Source of the DNA: a virus
Taxonomy: Duplodnaviria; Caudoviricetes
Length of the DNA stretch: 34,050 bases
Strand: one strand, 5' to 3'
Virus record (IMG/VR): IMGVR_UViG_3300020045_005277
Span: 1 to 34,050 of that record
Position numbers and translations under genes: made by a program. Positions within the stretch are counted from its first letter, which is position 1. Each line of letters opens with the position of its first letter. Positions 1 through 9,075 of the stretch are shown here, piece by piece. The notes under the pieces are model-generated. The model had not been told where the DNA came from. It searched no databases and saw only the letters and a program-made list of their open reading frames with translations.

Positions 1-2
1 AA

Positions 3-266
3 TGCCTCGAAAACGAAATAGAAGCCGCAAAAACAGAGGCTTTCAATAGCTTTGAAAATCGTTTATCTATTTTACTTGACAAAAAATTACAGCCACTTTT
101 GAAAGCTAACGAAGATAATGCCGAATTAGTAAGGCAAAATATTCCGATTATTCGAAGCAAAAAGTTAGGGGTTATCTACCTTATACCATTGCTGACTATG
201 TTTTCTTTTGCGGTTAATATAGGTCAATTCGTTAATTATTTGATTCAGAAAATTTGGCATAGTTAA
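3..266 (+). CDS. 3' part of a protein with a C-terminal transmembrane helix (possible holin-like or membrane protein), truncated by the window start
   Basis: Frame is open from base 3 to TAA 264-266 (...CLENEIEAAKTEAF...KKLGVIYLIPLLTMFSFAVNIGQFVNYLIQKIWHS). It has a hydrophobic C-terminal segment and is not in the ORF track. Confidence 0.6.
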   Translation, partial: CLENEIEAAKTEAFNSFENRLSILLDKKLQPLLKANEDNAELVRQNIPIIRSKKLGVIYLIPLLTMFSFAVNIGQFVNYLIQKIWHS

Positions 267-281
267 AATATTGTATATTTG
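253..281 (+). promoter_or_regulatory. Possible Bacteroidota sigma-A promoter
   Basis: TTTG 253-256 and TATATTTG 274-281 (17-nt spacer, shorter than usual) just upstream of the ATG at 299. Confidence 0.45.
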
Positions 282-298
282 TTTAAAATTATTTCAAC

Positions 299-820
299 AT
301 GTACCAAGCAGGGGTTAAAGACATATTGCTAATCGAAAATAAGAACATTACTTTCAGGCATTTCGACCCCGCCGATTTTAATAATATCACGGACTTAAAT
401 AGCGAGGGTAAACAAATCAGCATTGAAAACATGCTGCGCCCTGAGTACGAAGCGCAATTTGGTTTATCAAATTCGGGTGATTTTACTCAGACGCTAAAAA
501 CTAAATTCTTCCTTTTAGGGCAAACTTTCGAAAATCTTGAATTGATAAACGACCTATCAAGTACTATTTACGGATGGTGTTTGCTGGTGACATTTTACGA
601 CGGCACATCGTTATTTTACAAAGTTCCTATGTTTATCAAGTCATCCGAAATTAAACCTCACAGCGAAAAATCTTTTTCCGTTGAGCTTGGTAACAACATA
701 CCAAGCATTGGAAAGCATTATAGTTTTGTTGGTAATATTTCAAGCTCTGATAAATACAGATTCGACACAACGATTTTAACATGGGATAACTCAATTTATA
801 CTTTTGATTATGAGCTATGA
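299..820 (+). CDS. Putative virion structural (tail-associated) protein
   Basis: 173 aa in the tail module, with a C-terminal aromatic/Asp repeat RFDTTILTWDNSIYTFD. Confidence 0.5.
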   Translation: MYQAGVKDILLIENKNITFRHFDPADFNNITDLNSEGKQISIENMLRPEYEAQFGLSNSGDFTQTLKTKFFLLGQTFENLELINDLSSTIYGWCLLVTFYDGTSLFYKVPMFIKSSEIKPHSEKSFSVELGNNIPSIGKHYSFVGNISSSDKYRFDTTILTWDNSIYTFDYEL

Positions 821-1220
821 GGCATTAACAGCTAAGCATCTTAATAATCTGAAAGAAAAAATTCAGAGAACTATTGCAAGCAAAGGCCTTGACAATTCAG
901 GCGAAGCTTTCAATTCGCTGGAGGTAAAAGGTAATCAGTTGTTAGGTAACGACTATATTTATTTTCTTGACCAAGGTAGAGCACCGGGTAAGTTTCCGCC
1001 TACATTAATTAGTTGGGTAAAAAATAAACTCGGATTAGAAGGAAGCGAAGCGAAGCAGGTAGATTTTTTAGTACGTAGAAAAATTGCACGCGATGGAACA
1101 AATATTTACCGAAACAAATCAAAAGGAATTGAATTAGATACATTGGTTGAAGATACATTGAACGAATTAACTAAAGAGCTGCCCGATTACGCAGCATCGG
1201 AGGCTTTGAAATGGCTTTAA
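804..1220 (+). CDS. Putative neck/tail-completion protein (HK97 gp10-like)
   Basis: SGEAFNSL...YIYFLDQGRAPGKFPP resembles HK97-gp10-like neck proteins; size and context fit. Confidence 0.55.
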   Translation: MIMSYEALTAKHLNNLKEKIQRTIASKGLDNSGEAFNSLEVKGNQLLGNDYIYFLDQGRAPGKFPPTLISWVKNKLGLEGSEAKQVDFLVRRKIARDGTNIYRNKSKGIELDTLVEDTLNELTKELPDYAASEALKWL

Positions 1221-2137
1221 CATTAGTAACTAATCCTGTTGGCTCAGGTGCTTCTAAAATATTTGCAGGCTTCCAAAAGTGTGAGGTTATTTTCAAGCGC
1301 GAAGACTTGCAAATAAATACTGTTGAGGCTGGTTCTGGAGGCGCAAAAATAAAGCATACCGGAGATTTAACAAGCCTGTTAGCTGTTGGTGATAGTATTT
1401 ATTTATATTCTGAAACCGCTAATTATGTTTATGACGGAATTTATCAGATACTTGTTATTGTAGCTGGTGAAATTACCGTTTCGGCTCCCTTTATCGAAAC
1501 GGGTACGGGAGGTTATATCAACTATTTAAAAAATTATTATGTGGAACTTCAGTGTGTTAGACACGATCTAACTGACGTAAATTTATTGCCTTTCGTGCTT
1601 CAGACGGATGGCGACGCAAAAGGAAATATAAGCATAGACGTAAGCATTATCAATGAACTAACCTTACAACGCGGTCCAATTGAACAGGGTGCAAGTTCTG
1701 AAAGTGTGCGCGAGTTTGTAATTAAGTACCGCGAAGTTTACCAAGGGAGTTCGAACTCATATACTTTAGTTTCGAACAAACTATTTATTTTTATGCATAC
1801 AATTGATATTCCGGAAGAGGAAACTATATTAAATAATTTCGATGAGCCACAAATTTACTTAGGCTACCAATCTGCGTTGTCGGTCGTATTAAAGGCAATG
1901 GATACAGGCTCTAAAGTTGACATGACTTACAACGAACTTGACATTAACAAACAAATAATCACGACCTCGACACTGGGGGAACTTGATTCAGATCAAAATT
2001 CGATCTATATTTGGGAGTGGAAAAGAACCGCCACCGCCAACGTAGCCACAAAGTACATTGACTTTAATCTTAGTATAAAAGCAGTATTTGACTTCTTAGC
2101 TGGCGATTTCGCTTCACCTGATTTTTTAACAGAATAA
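1211..2137 (+). CDS. Putative tail/baseplate structural protein
   Basis: 308 aa, beta-rich, overlaps the previous gene, C-terminal FDFLAGDFASPDF motif. Confidence 0.5.
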   Translation: MALTLVTNPVGSGASKIFAGFQKCEVIFKREDLQINTVEAGSGGAKIKHTGDLTSLLAVGDSIYLYSETANYVYDGIYQILVIVAGEITVSAPFIETGTGGYINYLKNYYVELQCVRHDLTDVNLLPFVLQTDGDAKGNISIDVSIINELTLQRGPIEQGASSESVREFVIKYREVYQGSSNSYTLVSNKLFIFMHTIDIPEEETILNNFDEPQIYLGYQSALSVVLKAMDTGSKVDMTYNELDINKQIITTSTLGELDSDQNSIYIWEWKRTATANVATKYIDFNLSIKAVFDFLAGDFASPDFLTE

Positions 2138-2148
2138 AATGAATAACC

Positions 2149-3006
2149 ATGGCAAATAGAACAACCGTCAAAAGTAACATACTTACAAAAAATGTCCCAA
2201 CCGTAACAAATGAGATTTTAACCGACATGTTGAATGCGGATATGGCTGACAACTTAGTTTTTCGTGAGGATGTTGTAGTAGCTCAAAGTTCGTCTGTAAC
2301 AAATATTACTTTAGACTTTACCGGCAAAGACAGGATCGACGTTACCAGAACCGGCGGAGCGATAACATTTACCGTGTCTAATCTGGCAGATGGTGACGTA
2401 AAATATATTTTGGTTAATAAAAGTCCTAGCACACATATAGGTTTTGTTAATGTATTAGATAAAACACCTTTAAATACAGTAGTTAATGAAGCCTCGTTAG
2501 TTCTTTATCAACTATTTAGAAAAGGTTCAAATATCTTCGCATGGGCTGTATATGATACCATTACGGCGAAGATTGCGACCATGGATGCTACTGAAGCTAA
2601 TCATTATAATACTGTTCAAGGCCAAGTTACGGCCTTAAATAGCGGGGTTAGCTCACATACAACGCAGATCGCATCTCATACAGCTACTTTAGCTACTCAC
2701 ACAAATATTTTAACTAATCATTCAACTCTAATAACTGAATTGCAAGAGATGAATCCGACATATCAAACAACTCATAGAATAAATTTTTCGGGTTGGAACG
2801 CATCGGCTGGAGGTTTTTCAATCATACACGGGGTTAATGCTGCAAAAATAGAACAATGGGAAGTTTATTTAAGAAACGGAACATCCGAATACTTTAACTT
2901 TAGAAATACAATTACATTATTTAGTACTTATTTTAGGCTATCTAATGGCGATTTAACTGCGTATACTAATTTAAATGGTTGGATAATATTCAAAGTAATT
3001 CCTTAA
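2149..3006 (+). CDS. Putative tail fibre or spike with a His-heptad coiled coil
   Basis: Thr/Asn-rich; His every 7 residues (codons at 2656, 2677, 2698, 2719) followed by a small C-terminal beta domain. Confidence 0.55.
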   Translation: MANRTTVKSNILTKNVPTVTNEILTDMLNADMADNLVFREDVVVAQSSSVTNITLDFTGKDRIDVTRTGGAITFTVSNLADGDVKYILVNKSPSTHIGFVNVLDKTPLNTVVNEASLVLYQLFRKGSNIFAWAVYDTITAKIATMDATEANHYNTVQGQVTALNSGVSSHTTQIASHTATLATHTNILTNHSTLITELQEMNPTYQTTHRINFSGWNASAGGFSIIHGVNAAKIEQWEVYLRNGTSEYFNFRNTITLFSTYFRLSNGDLTAYTNLNGWIIFKVIP

Positions 3007-3009
3007 AAA

Positions 3010-3429
3010 ATGGGCAAAATTTTCAAACTCATACGTCCAAAATCTTTAACCGATCCAAATTTCGAAGAGTTTGAATATTTGCTTAGTTGGATTGGCAGGG
3101 GTAGTGAATATTATTTCTATATGTTCCATGATGCCGAATTTGAACAAAATACCTCATCATCTGTAATTAATTCGAATGACAGCGAAAATATAGAGGCTTT
3201 GATTAGCAATATTGGTAGGTCAATTAACTTGCAAGCCTCTGATTTAAGTAAGAACGATCTTGCTATTATTTCGCAAATATTTGAAAACAAGATAGTTTAC
3301 CGAATAAAAAAAGATGGTACATTTGAAAAATACGCACCGGACTCTAATAGCTTCAAATTTAGGCTTATGGATGGTAGATACAATCTAAGTTTTTCTTTGG
3401 TAATGCCAAACATAAAAACATGGAAATAA
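3010..3429 (+). CDS. Putative distal-tail/baseplate protein
   Basis: 139 aa, directly upstream of and overlapping the hub-like gene; context only. Confidence 0.4.
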   Translation: MGKIFKLIRPKSLTDPNFEEFEYLLSWIGRGSEYYFYMFHDAEFEQNTSSSVINSNDSENIEALISNIGRSINLQASDLSKNDLAIISQIFENKIVYRIKKDGTFEKYAPDSNSFKFRLMDGRYNLSFSLVMPNIKTWK

Positions 3430-5168
3430 TTATAAACGGGAATGAAATACAACTAGGTGACAGCATGCCAACTATCACAAAGAAAAGCATTGATATAAAC
3501 AACCCTTCAGCAAGATTTCTCGACTACACCAACCAATTCAAAATACCTCACACAAATTATAATTCTAAAATTTTAGAACATCCTAGCGTAATTGGATCGA
3601 ATGGCTCATCTATGGGCAGATTATTTGATGTGCTGATAAATGACGTGTTTAAGATATTTTCCGGCAAAGGATATATTAACAATGTAACTAAAGATAGCAT
3701 TGATTTTCAGTGTGTTGACAACTCGAAAGATTTATTTACAGCTTTAGATAAAAAGTTAAATACGGTTGACTGGGATAGCGATGACACTATATTAACTCAA
3801 GCGGGTATCGAAGCACTTCAAACCGCTGCCATTTCTTCGCCGTGGGTGTGGGGTAAACTCTGCTTGCATGAAAATGCTTTGCAAGTTAATACCGATCAAA
3901 CAACAGGGGACACACGTTGCAAGTTTTCGCGCCCTTCATTTTATGTGCAGGGGCTTTTGTCACGTGCAGTAACTTTGCAAGGTTATACTTATTCGAAATC
4001 TGATATTGATCTTGCTTTTTCAAGTTTTCATTCGCAATTTTTTTTTACATCATATCAAAAAACTATAGCAGCTACATATAACCCCGCCGGTACTTTAGCG
4101 ATTACCGGATTAAATACTAACTATTTTGCGCATTCTGATTTGACGGTTAATTCTGGTAGCATAAATATAGGCATCAAAAAAACTAAATTTCGTGTCCGTG
4201 GTACTGTTACCAGTGATGCACTTATGACATTAGTTATTCGGGCCACGGATAATGTTGATATCACGAAAATTTCAGAAAGCAAATTACAGATAGGTGTAGG
4301 GGCGCAAATAGTAGACTTTACAAGCTCTGATTTTCAAAGTGATAATGGTTTTACTATTGATATGCGAATTGATGGCACGGGTTCAATTGATATTGACGCA
4401 TTACTATATACATTATTGGACGAAAAAGAGTTTGATCTTTCCGGCAATCCATTTTTAGGGTACAAAATTAAAGTTTACGACAACCTCCCAGACCTTACTT
4501 TTTTAGACTTGTTTAAGCTGATTTGCGTAATTGGCAACCAGTATCAAAAAATTGATTCCTTTGGTAAAACTTTCCAGTTCGAAAGTTTTGCGAACCTGAA
4601 TAAGTTAAATGCTGTAGATTGGTCAAAAAAGTTTATGCAGCAATCCGAAAGCATAACCTCGCAATTTGCGGGACTTGCGCAAAAAAACTGGTTAAAATAT
4701 ACTAACGATATTACTGTTAACCCCGAATTAGGGTGGTCAAGTTTCCAAACGGATAACGAAAACTTGGCAAAGGAAATAGACTATATAGCCTTGAAGTTCG
4801 GAGCCTCTAATGATGTTGTAATCAATAGTAACTCTATTGCTCAGGTGTCAATATATAACGATACTGGTAGAATTATAGACCGTACTGTTAACATGCGACT
4901 TTTTAAAATAACAGGAACATGCTTGGAATTTGAGCCTATTTCGTGGAGCAACTTAACAGCCTTATATTATGCCAACTTTTTTAATTCGCTTTCTCGGGTT
5001 CGGGCGATTGACGGCGAATTTAACTTATCAAAATTGGACGTACTTAACTGGACTGAAAAGCAGCTTGTTTATATAGATTATTTCAAAACTACTTTTATTG
5101 TTTTGGAAATTAGTAACTTTATTCCGGGCAAAAAAACCAAAGTAAAACTATTAGGATATGGCAGATAA
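3420..5168 (+). CDS. Tail tip/hub protein
   Basis: 582 aa. The N-terminal DINNPSAR..DYTNQFKIP and the C-terminal LVYIDYFKTTFIVLEISNF..GKKTKVKL resemble Bacteroidota siphophage tail-tip proteins. Adjacent to the tape measure gene. Confidence 0.6.
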   Translation: MEIIINGNEIQLGDSMPTITKKSIDINNPSARFLDYTNQFKIPHTNYNSKILEHPSVIGSNGSSMGRLFDVLINDVFKIFSGKGYINNVTKDSIDFQCVDNSKDLFTALDKKLNTVDWDSDDTILTQAGIEALQTAAISSPWVWGKLCLHENALQVNTDQTTGDTRCKFSRPSFYVQGLLSRAVTLQGYTYSKSDIDLAFSSFHSQFFFTSYQKTIAATYNPAGTLAITGLNTNYFAHSDLTVNSGSINIGIKKTKFRVRGTVTSDALMTLVIRATDNVDITKISESKLQIGVGAQIVDFTSSDFQSDNGFTIDMRIDGTGSIDIDALLYTLLDEKEFDLSGNPFLGYKIKVYDNLPDLTFLDLFKLICVIGNQYQKIDSFGKTFQFESFANLNKLNAVDWSKKFMQQSESITSQFAGLAQKNWLKYTNDITVNPELGWSSFQTDNENLAKEIDYIALKFGASNDVVINSNSIAQVSIYNDTGRIIDRTVNMRLFKITGTCLEFEPISWSNLTALYYANFFNSLSRVRAIDGEFNLSKLDVLNWTEKQLVYIDYFKTTFIVLEISNFIPGKKTKVKLLGYGR

Positions 5169-7635
5169 GGTAGTAATAGTAGAGATACAATACGATACAG
5201 ACATAGCTATTAAGAATGTCAATAACCTTACCGCAGCTATTGAGGGCGAAAAGGTTATGCAAGCTAAGTTAAAAAGTGAGCTGGAAGAAGGTACCATATC
5301 TCAAAATGATTACTCCAAGGCCGTTGAAGAAAGTAAGAATACACAAAGCAAAGCTAATACCGAACGAAAAAACACTATTCAATTACTCAGCTCTGAAAAA
5401 GGCAGCGTAAATGAACTAAAGGCTAACATTAAAACTTTGACCGCTGAACGGGATAAATTGAACTTATCCACGAAAGAAGGTCAAGACAAAGCAAAACTTT
5501 ACAACGCCCAAATAAAAGACATGCAGGCTGCCCTTAAGGGTGCCGGCGAAGAAACAAAAAAAACAGGTGGAGCTTTTGCCACATTGAAAAATGATTTAGG
5601 CAGCATTCAAGGCGCGGCGGGTGGAGTTATTGGAGGTATTCAAGGTATTATAAAAGCTTCTTTGGCTTTTATCGCCACACCTATCGGAGCCTTTATAACG
5701 CTGCTTGTAGGTGCTTTTATGCTTTTGAAGAAAGCGTTCATGGGTACTGAAGAAAACCAGAACAAGCTAAACAAAGTTACTAACATGCTTTCCGGAGCCT
5801 TTAACGCCCTGTTAGCTGTAGTGCGTCCGGTTGCTGAATTTATTTTCGACAAGGCTGTTAAAGCTTTTGAATTTTTAGGCCAAGCGGCTGAAAAGGCTAT
5901 GGGGTTAGTGAGTAAAGGTTTAAAGTTACTTGGATTTAAAGAGGCTGCAGCAGCCGTGGAAAATTTTACTACTAAAATAAAAGATAATGTAAAAGCCTCT
6001 ACCGAATTGGCAGACGCTGAAGCAAAGTTAAAAGAACAGCAAAGGCTTGCGCAAAAAGTGCAATTAGACTATCAGAAACAAGCGGAGAAACTTAGACAGC
6101 TTCGAGATGACGAAGCGAACAGTATATCAGACCGAATGAAGTCTAACGAAAAACTTGGTAAACTTTTAAAAGAACAGTCGAGTGCAGAATTAGCAATTGC
6201 CTATGAAGCTTTGAAAGTTGCTGATTTAAAAATAAAGACTGAAGGTAAAAGTACCGAAAATCTAGATCGCAGAGCAGAGGCATTGACTACAATTAGCGAC
6301 ATCCAAGAACGGATAAGCGGTCAGGAAAGTGAGCAGCTTTCGAACTTAAACGCATTGAGAAAAGAACAACAGGCAGCGGAAAAGACTAGGCTTGATACAA
6401 TAAAAGCAAATGCTGATAAAGAAATTGAAACTAATAAAAAGGTAGCTGAAGAAAAAAAGAAGCTATCAGAGGAAGAAGATAAACGGCGTGGCGATGCAAT
6501 TATAAAGCTGGCTGAGGTAAAGTTTCAGGAGCTGGAACTTGAAACAAAAAGTGCGAAGGATAAGGCAGATTTACAAAAAAAACAGGCTGATGAAGAGCTT
6601 GCAAGGTCGCTAGAAAATACAGCCCTACTACATGAGGAGGTCGATCTATTAAACGAAGAGCACAAGCTCAAATTAGCTGAAATAGATGCAGCTTATCAAG
6701 AACAGGTAAAAGCACAGCATCAGAAAGAATTAGATGACGCATTCGACGGGATGCAACAGATAATTGCTGCTACTCAGGGGATGGGTGACGCAAGGGTTAC
6801 TATTCTTTCGGATACTGTTTCTAAAATTGCTACTATCAATTTTGCGGAATTAAAGAGCAGTAAGGATACCATGGTTGCGATTGGCCAAGCTGCAACAGGA
6901 TTAACAAGCCTGATGACTAGCGGCCACGAAGAGGAGTTAGCAAGTTTCGAAAATGCGAAGGCTGAAGAGTTCGCTACTTTTAAAGCCGATTCAGAGGCTA
7001 GGCTATTGGCGGCGGGTGATGACGCTGACAAAAAAGCGTTAATTGAAGCCGAATTAAAAAAAGAGGAAGAAGCCTTAAATAAAAAGTATTCGGAAAAAGA
7101 GGACGCGATAAAAGAAAAGCAGTTTAAAGATGACAAGGCCAAAGCTGTTATCGATGCTACAATTGCCACTATCTTGGCAGTAACAAAATCACTTCCAAGT
7201 ATCCCGCTATCTATTACTGTAGGTGCTTTGGGTGCTGCTAATATTTTTGCTATTGCAGCCAAACAATACACACCGACAAAGAAATATGCAAAAGGTGGTA
7301 TTATCGGAGGCAATTCGCATGCTAACGGAGGAACCAACTTCTTTGGCTCGGACGGCTCAAGGTTTGAGGCTGAAGCTGGAGAAGCATTATTTGTAATGAA
7401 AAAAGATGCAACTGCTGAAATTGCAGCATTAAGCGCGATTAATGAAAGTTTTGGAGGCCGTTCATGGACTTCAAAACCTAGTTCGCATTTGGCGGATGGT
7501 GGCGAAGCATCTGGAATAAATCTGGATAAGTCAATCAACGAAGCTATTTCACGAACACCTATTTACGTGAGGGTTGCAGACATTGAAACTGGAATGACAG
7601 ACGTAAAGAATGTTAAAAGTGCGGGGGTTATATAA
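5158..7635 (+). CDS. Tape measure protein
   Basis: 825 aa; long Ala/Glu/Lys coiled coil with hydrophobic Gly/Ala segments (ATPIGAFITLLVGAF); C-terminal YAKGGIIGGNSHANGG...EAEAGE. Confidence 0.85.
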   Translation: MADKVVIVEIQYDTDIAIKNVNNLTAAIEGEKVMQAKLKSELEEGTISQNDYSKAVEESKNTQSKANTERKNTIQLLSSEKGSVNELKANIKTLTAERDKLNLSTKEGQDKAKLYNAQIKDMQAALKGAGEETKKTGGAFATLKNDLGSIQGAAGGVIGGIQGIIKASLAFIATPIGAFITLLVGAFMLLKKAFMGTEENQNKLNKVTNMLSGAFNALLAVVRPVAEFIFDKAVKAFEFLGQAAEKAMGLVSKGLKLLGFKEAAAAVENFTTKIKDNVKASTELADAEAKLKEQQRLAQKVQLDYQKQAEKLRQLRDDEANSISDRMKSNEKLGKLLKEQSSAELAIAYEALKVADLKIKTEGKSTENLDRRAEALTTISDIQERISGQESEQLSNLNALRKEQQAAEKTRLDTIKANADKEIETNKKVAEEKKKLSEEEDKRRGDAIIKLAEVKFQELELETKSAKDKADLQKKQADEELARSLENTALLHEEVDLLNEEHKLKLAEIDAAYQEQVKAQHQKELDDAFDGMQQIIAATQGMGDARVTILSDTVSKIATINFAELKSSKDTMVAIGQAATGLTSLMTSGHEEELASFENAKAEEFATFKADSEARLLAAGDDADKKALIEAELKKEEEALNKKYSEKEDAIKEKQFKDDKAKAVIDATIATILAVTKSLPSIPLSITVGALGAANIFAIAAKQYTPTKKYAKGGIIGGNSHANGGTNFFGSDGSRFEAEAGEALFVMKKDATAEIAALSAINESFGGRSWTSKPSSHLADGGEASGINLDKSINEAISRTPIYVRVADIETGMTDVKNVKSAGVI

Positions 7636-7835
7636 TGGCAGCGCGCGAAAAATATATAAAACAGCGGTCAAAATTTTGCAAACTAGCACTTTTGAAACCT
7701 AAAGAAGCCGCTGAAGAATTAAGAGACCTAGCCACAGGTCTGGAAAATTGTAAGAATACAGCTGATATTGTAGAGGCATTGAAAAACATTTTTGCCGTTA
7801 GCGAAAGAACTATTTTTAACGATTTTATTTCGTAA
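7635..7835 (+). CDS. Small protein with a C-terminal HTH-like motif
   Basis: 66 aa, TAATG overlap with the tape measure stop; IVEALKNIFAVSERTIFNDF resembles an HTH recognition helix. Confidence 0.55.
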   Translation: MAAREKYIKQRSKFCKLALLKPKEAAEELRDLATGLENCKNTADIVEALKNIFAVSERTIFNDFIS

Positions 7836-7840
7836 AAGTT

Positions 7841-7882
7841 TTGCAATAATTTGCAATTAATCAAATAATTTTTGTATATTTG
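7841..7882 (+). promoter_or_regulatory. Bacteroidota-type promoter with an overlapping TTGCAA-N4-TTGCAA operator, upstream of the cassette array
   Basis: TTGCAATAATTTGCAA 7841-7856; TTTG 7850-7853; 21-nt spacer; TATATTTG 7875-7882. Confidence 0.7.
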
Positions 7883-7897
7883 TGCATGGTTAAATGT

Positions 7898-8025
7898 GAT
7901 TAATGTTTAAGCTATGCGTAGTTCGGGATTACGTGGTACACATCAAACTACTCAAAGCCTACGAGCGAGGCAGGACGCTCGAATTTAGTAATAAACCCCG
8001 CATTACGTATGAGCGGGTGTTATAA
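7898..8025 (-). repeat. attC-like site 1 (128 bp)
   Basis: Minus strand reads TTATAAC-ACCC-GCTCATAC...GCATAGC-TTAAAC-ATTAATC. Plus-strand stem 7911-7927 pairs with 7997-8014 (14 WC, 2 G:T, 1 mismatch, bulged G8011). Inner hairpin at 7962-7981. Confidence 0.7.
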
Positions 8026-8037
8026 AACGGCTTTATT

Positions 8038-8502
8038 ATGAAAACTTATGTATTGACAGTTTCAAAAACATTCCCGAAAACTCATATAAAATCGGGACAA
8101 AATACTGATTTTGTTAGGCAAATAACAAAACTATTTACAAACGAAAATACCAAAATACATACCATAAGGGTAAATTATGACTTATGGGAAAAACGAGCAA
8201 AAGAAATAAACGAAGGCAAAGCAATTTTATCAATTAGATATTGGAGCGAGAAACCTTATAATTCAAAACAAGTTGAAATTTGCAGACTTGAAAAAATAGG
8301 AGTGCAAAAACTTGTTTTCAAAGAATCTAAATTATTAGGCGAAATTGCAATTGTGCCAGATAAAGATGTTTTTCATTCTTATACAATTGCTGATATTGCT
8401 AAAAATGACGGATTATCATTTGAGGATTTTAAAGAATGGTTTAAAAAATATGACCTAAATAATCCAATGGCAATTATCCATTTTACGCAGTACCGCTATT
8501 AA
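8038..8502 (+). CDS. ASCH/PUA-like domain protein (cassette gene)
   Basis: KIHTIR motif and C-terminal IAKNDGLSFEDFKEWF are typical of the ASCH superfamily; the stop abuts the att box at 8501-8515. Confidence 0.6.
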   Translation: MKTYVLTVSKTFPKTHIKSGQNTDFVRQITKLFTNENTKIHTIRVNYDLWEKRAKEINEGKAILSIRYWSEKPYNSKQVEICRLEKIGVQKLVFKESKLLGEIAIVPDKDVFHSYTIADIAKNDGLSFEDFKEWFKKYDLNNPMAIIHFTQYRY

Positions 8503-8508
8503 GCTGTT

Positions 8509-8637
8509 TTATAACGTTTTGCATAAGACTAGTAGCGGAATAGGAAGCAGTACACTATCAACCGCTAAAAACTTAATTAATTGTACTGTACTAACATACA
8601 CCACTTAAACCGCTATTGGTTTTATGCGGTGTTAGCC
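8509..8637 (-). repeat. attC-like site 2 (129 bp)
   Basis: Plus strand reads TTATAAC-GTTTT-GCATAAGACTAGTAGCGG (8521-8538) ... CCGCTATTGGTTTTATGC (8610-8627)-GGT-GTTAGCC. The stem has 15 WC and 3 G:T pairs; inner stem CAGTACA/TGTACTG. Confidence 0.75.
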
Positions 8638-8676
8638 ACAGTATTTATTTAGTAATCATTTTAAAAACAATAAATT

Positions 8677-9075
8677 ATGGAAAAGATTTAAAGAATTGAA
8701 GAAACTAACTTCAAAACAAAAGAAAGAACTTGGGGCGGTTACGATGGCTACCAAATAATAACAGACCAACAAACAATACAAATTGGGATTTCCGATGGGC
8801 AATGTTGTTGTGAAAACTTTGGTTGCATAATTACAAATGATGAAACCAAAGAGTTTATCGGTGCTGAATTACTTGGTATTTCAATTACAGATACTGCATT
8901 AAACAACAAAAAAAATGAAGAATTAGAATACTTAGATTGTGGCGGTGCAATGTTTGTGAACTTGGAAACAAGCGAAGGTTTATTGCAATTTGTAGCATAC
9001 AATTCTCATAATGGATATTACGGACATGAAGCTGTTTTAGTTAGCAAACAACTTAACTGCGAGGAAGGTCTTTAA
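8677..9075 (+). pseudogene. Cassette gene for a phage-type hypothetical protein (QCCCE...HNGYYGH), interrupted by TAA at codon 5
   Basis: MEKI*RIEETNF...ISDGQCCCENFG...FVAYNSHNGYYGHEAVLVSKQLNCEEGL*. In-frame TAA at 8689-8691, otherwise open to 9075, where the stop overlaps the att box. Confidence 0.7.
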
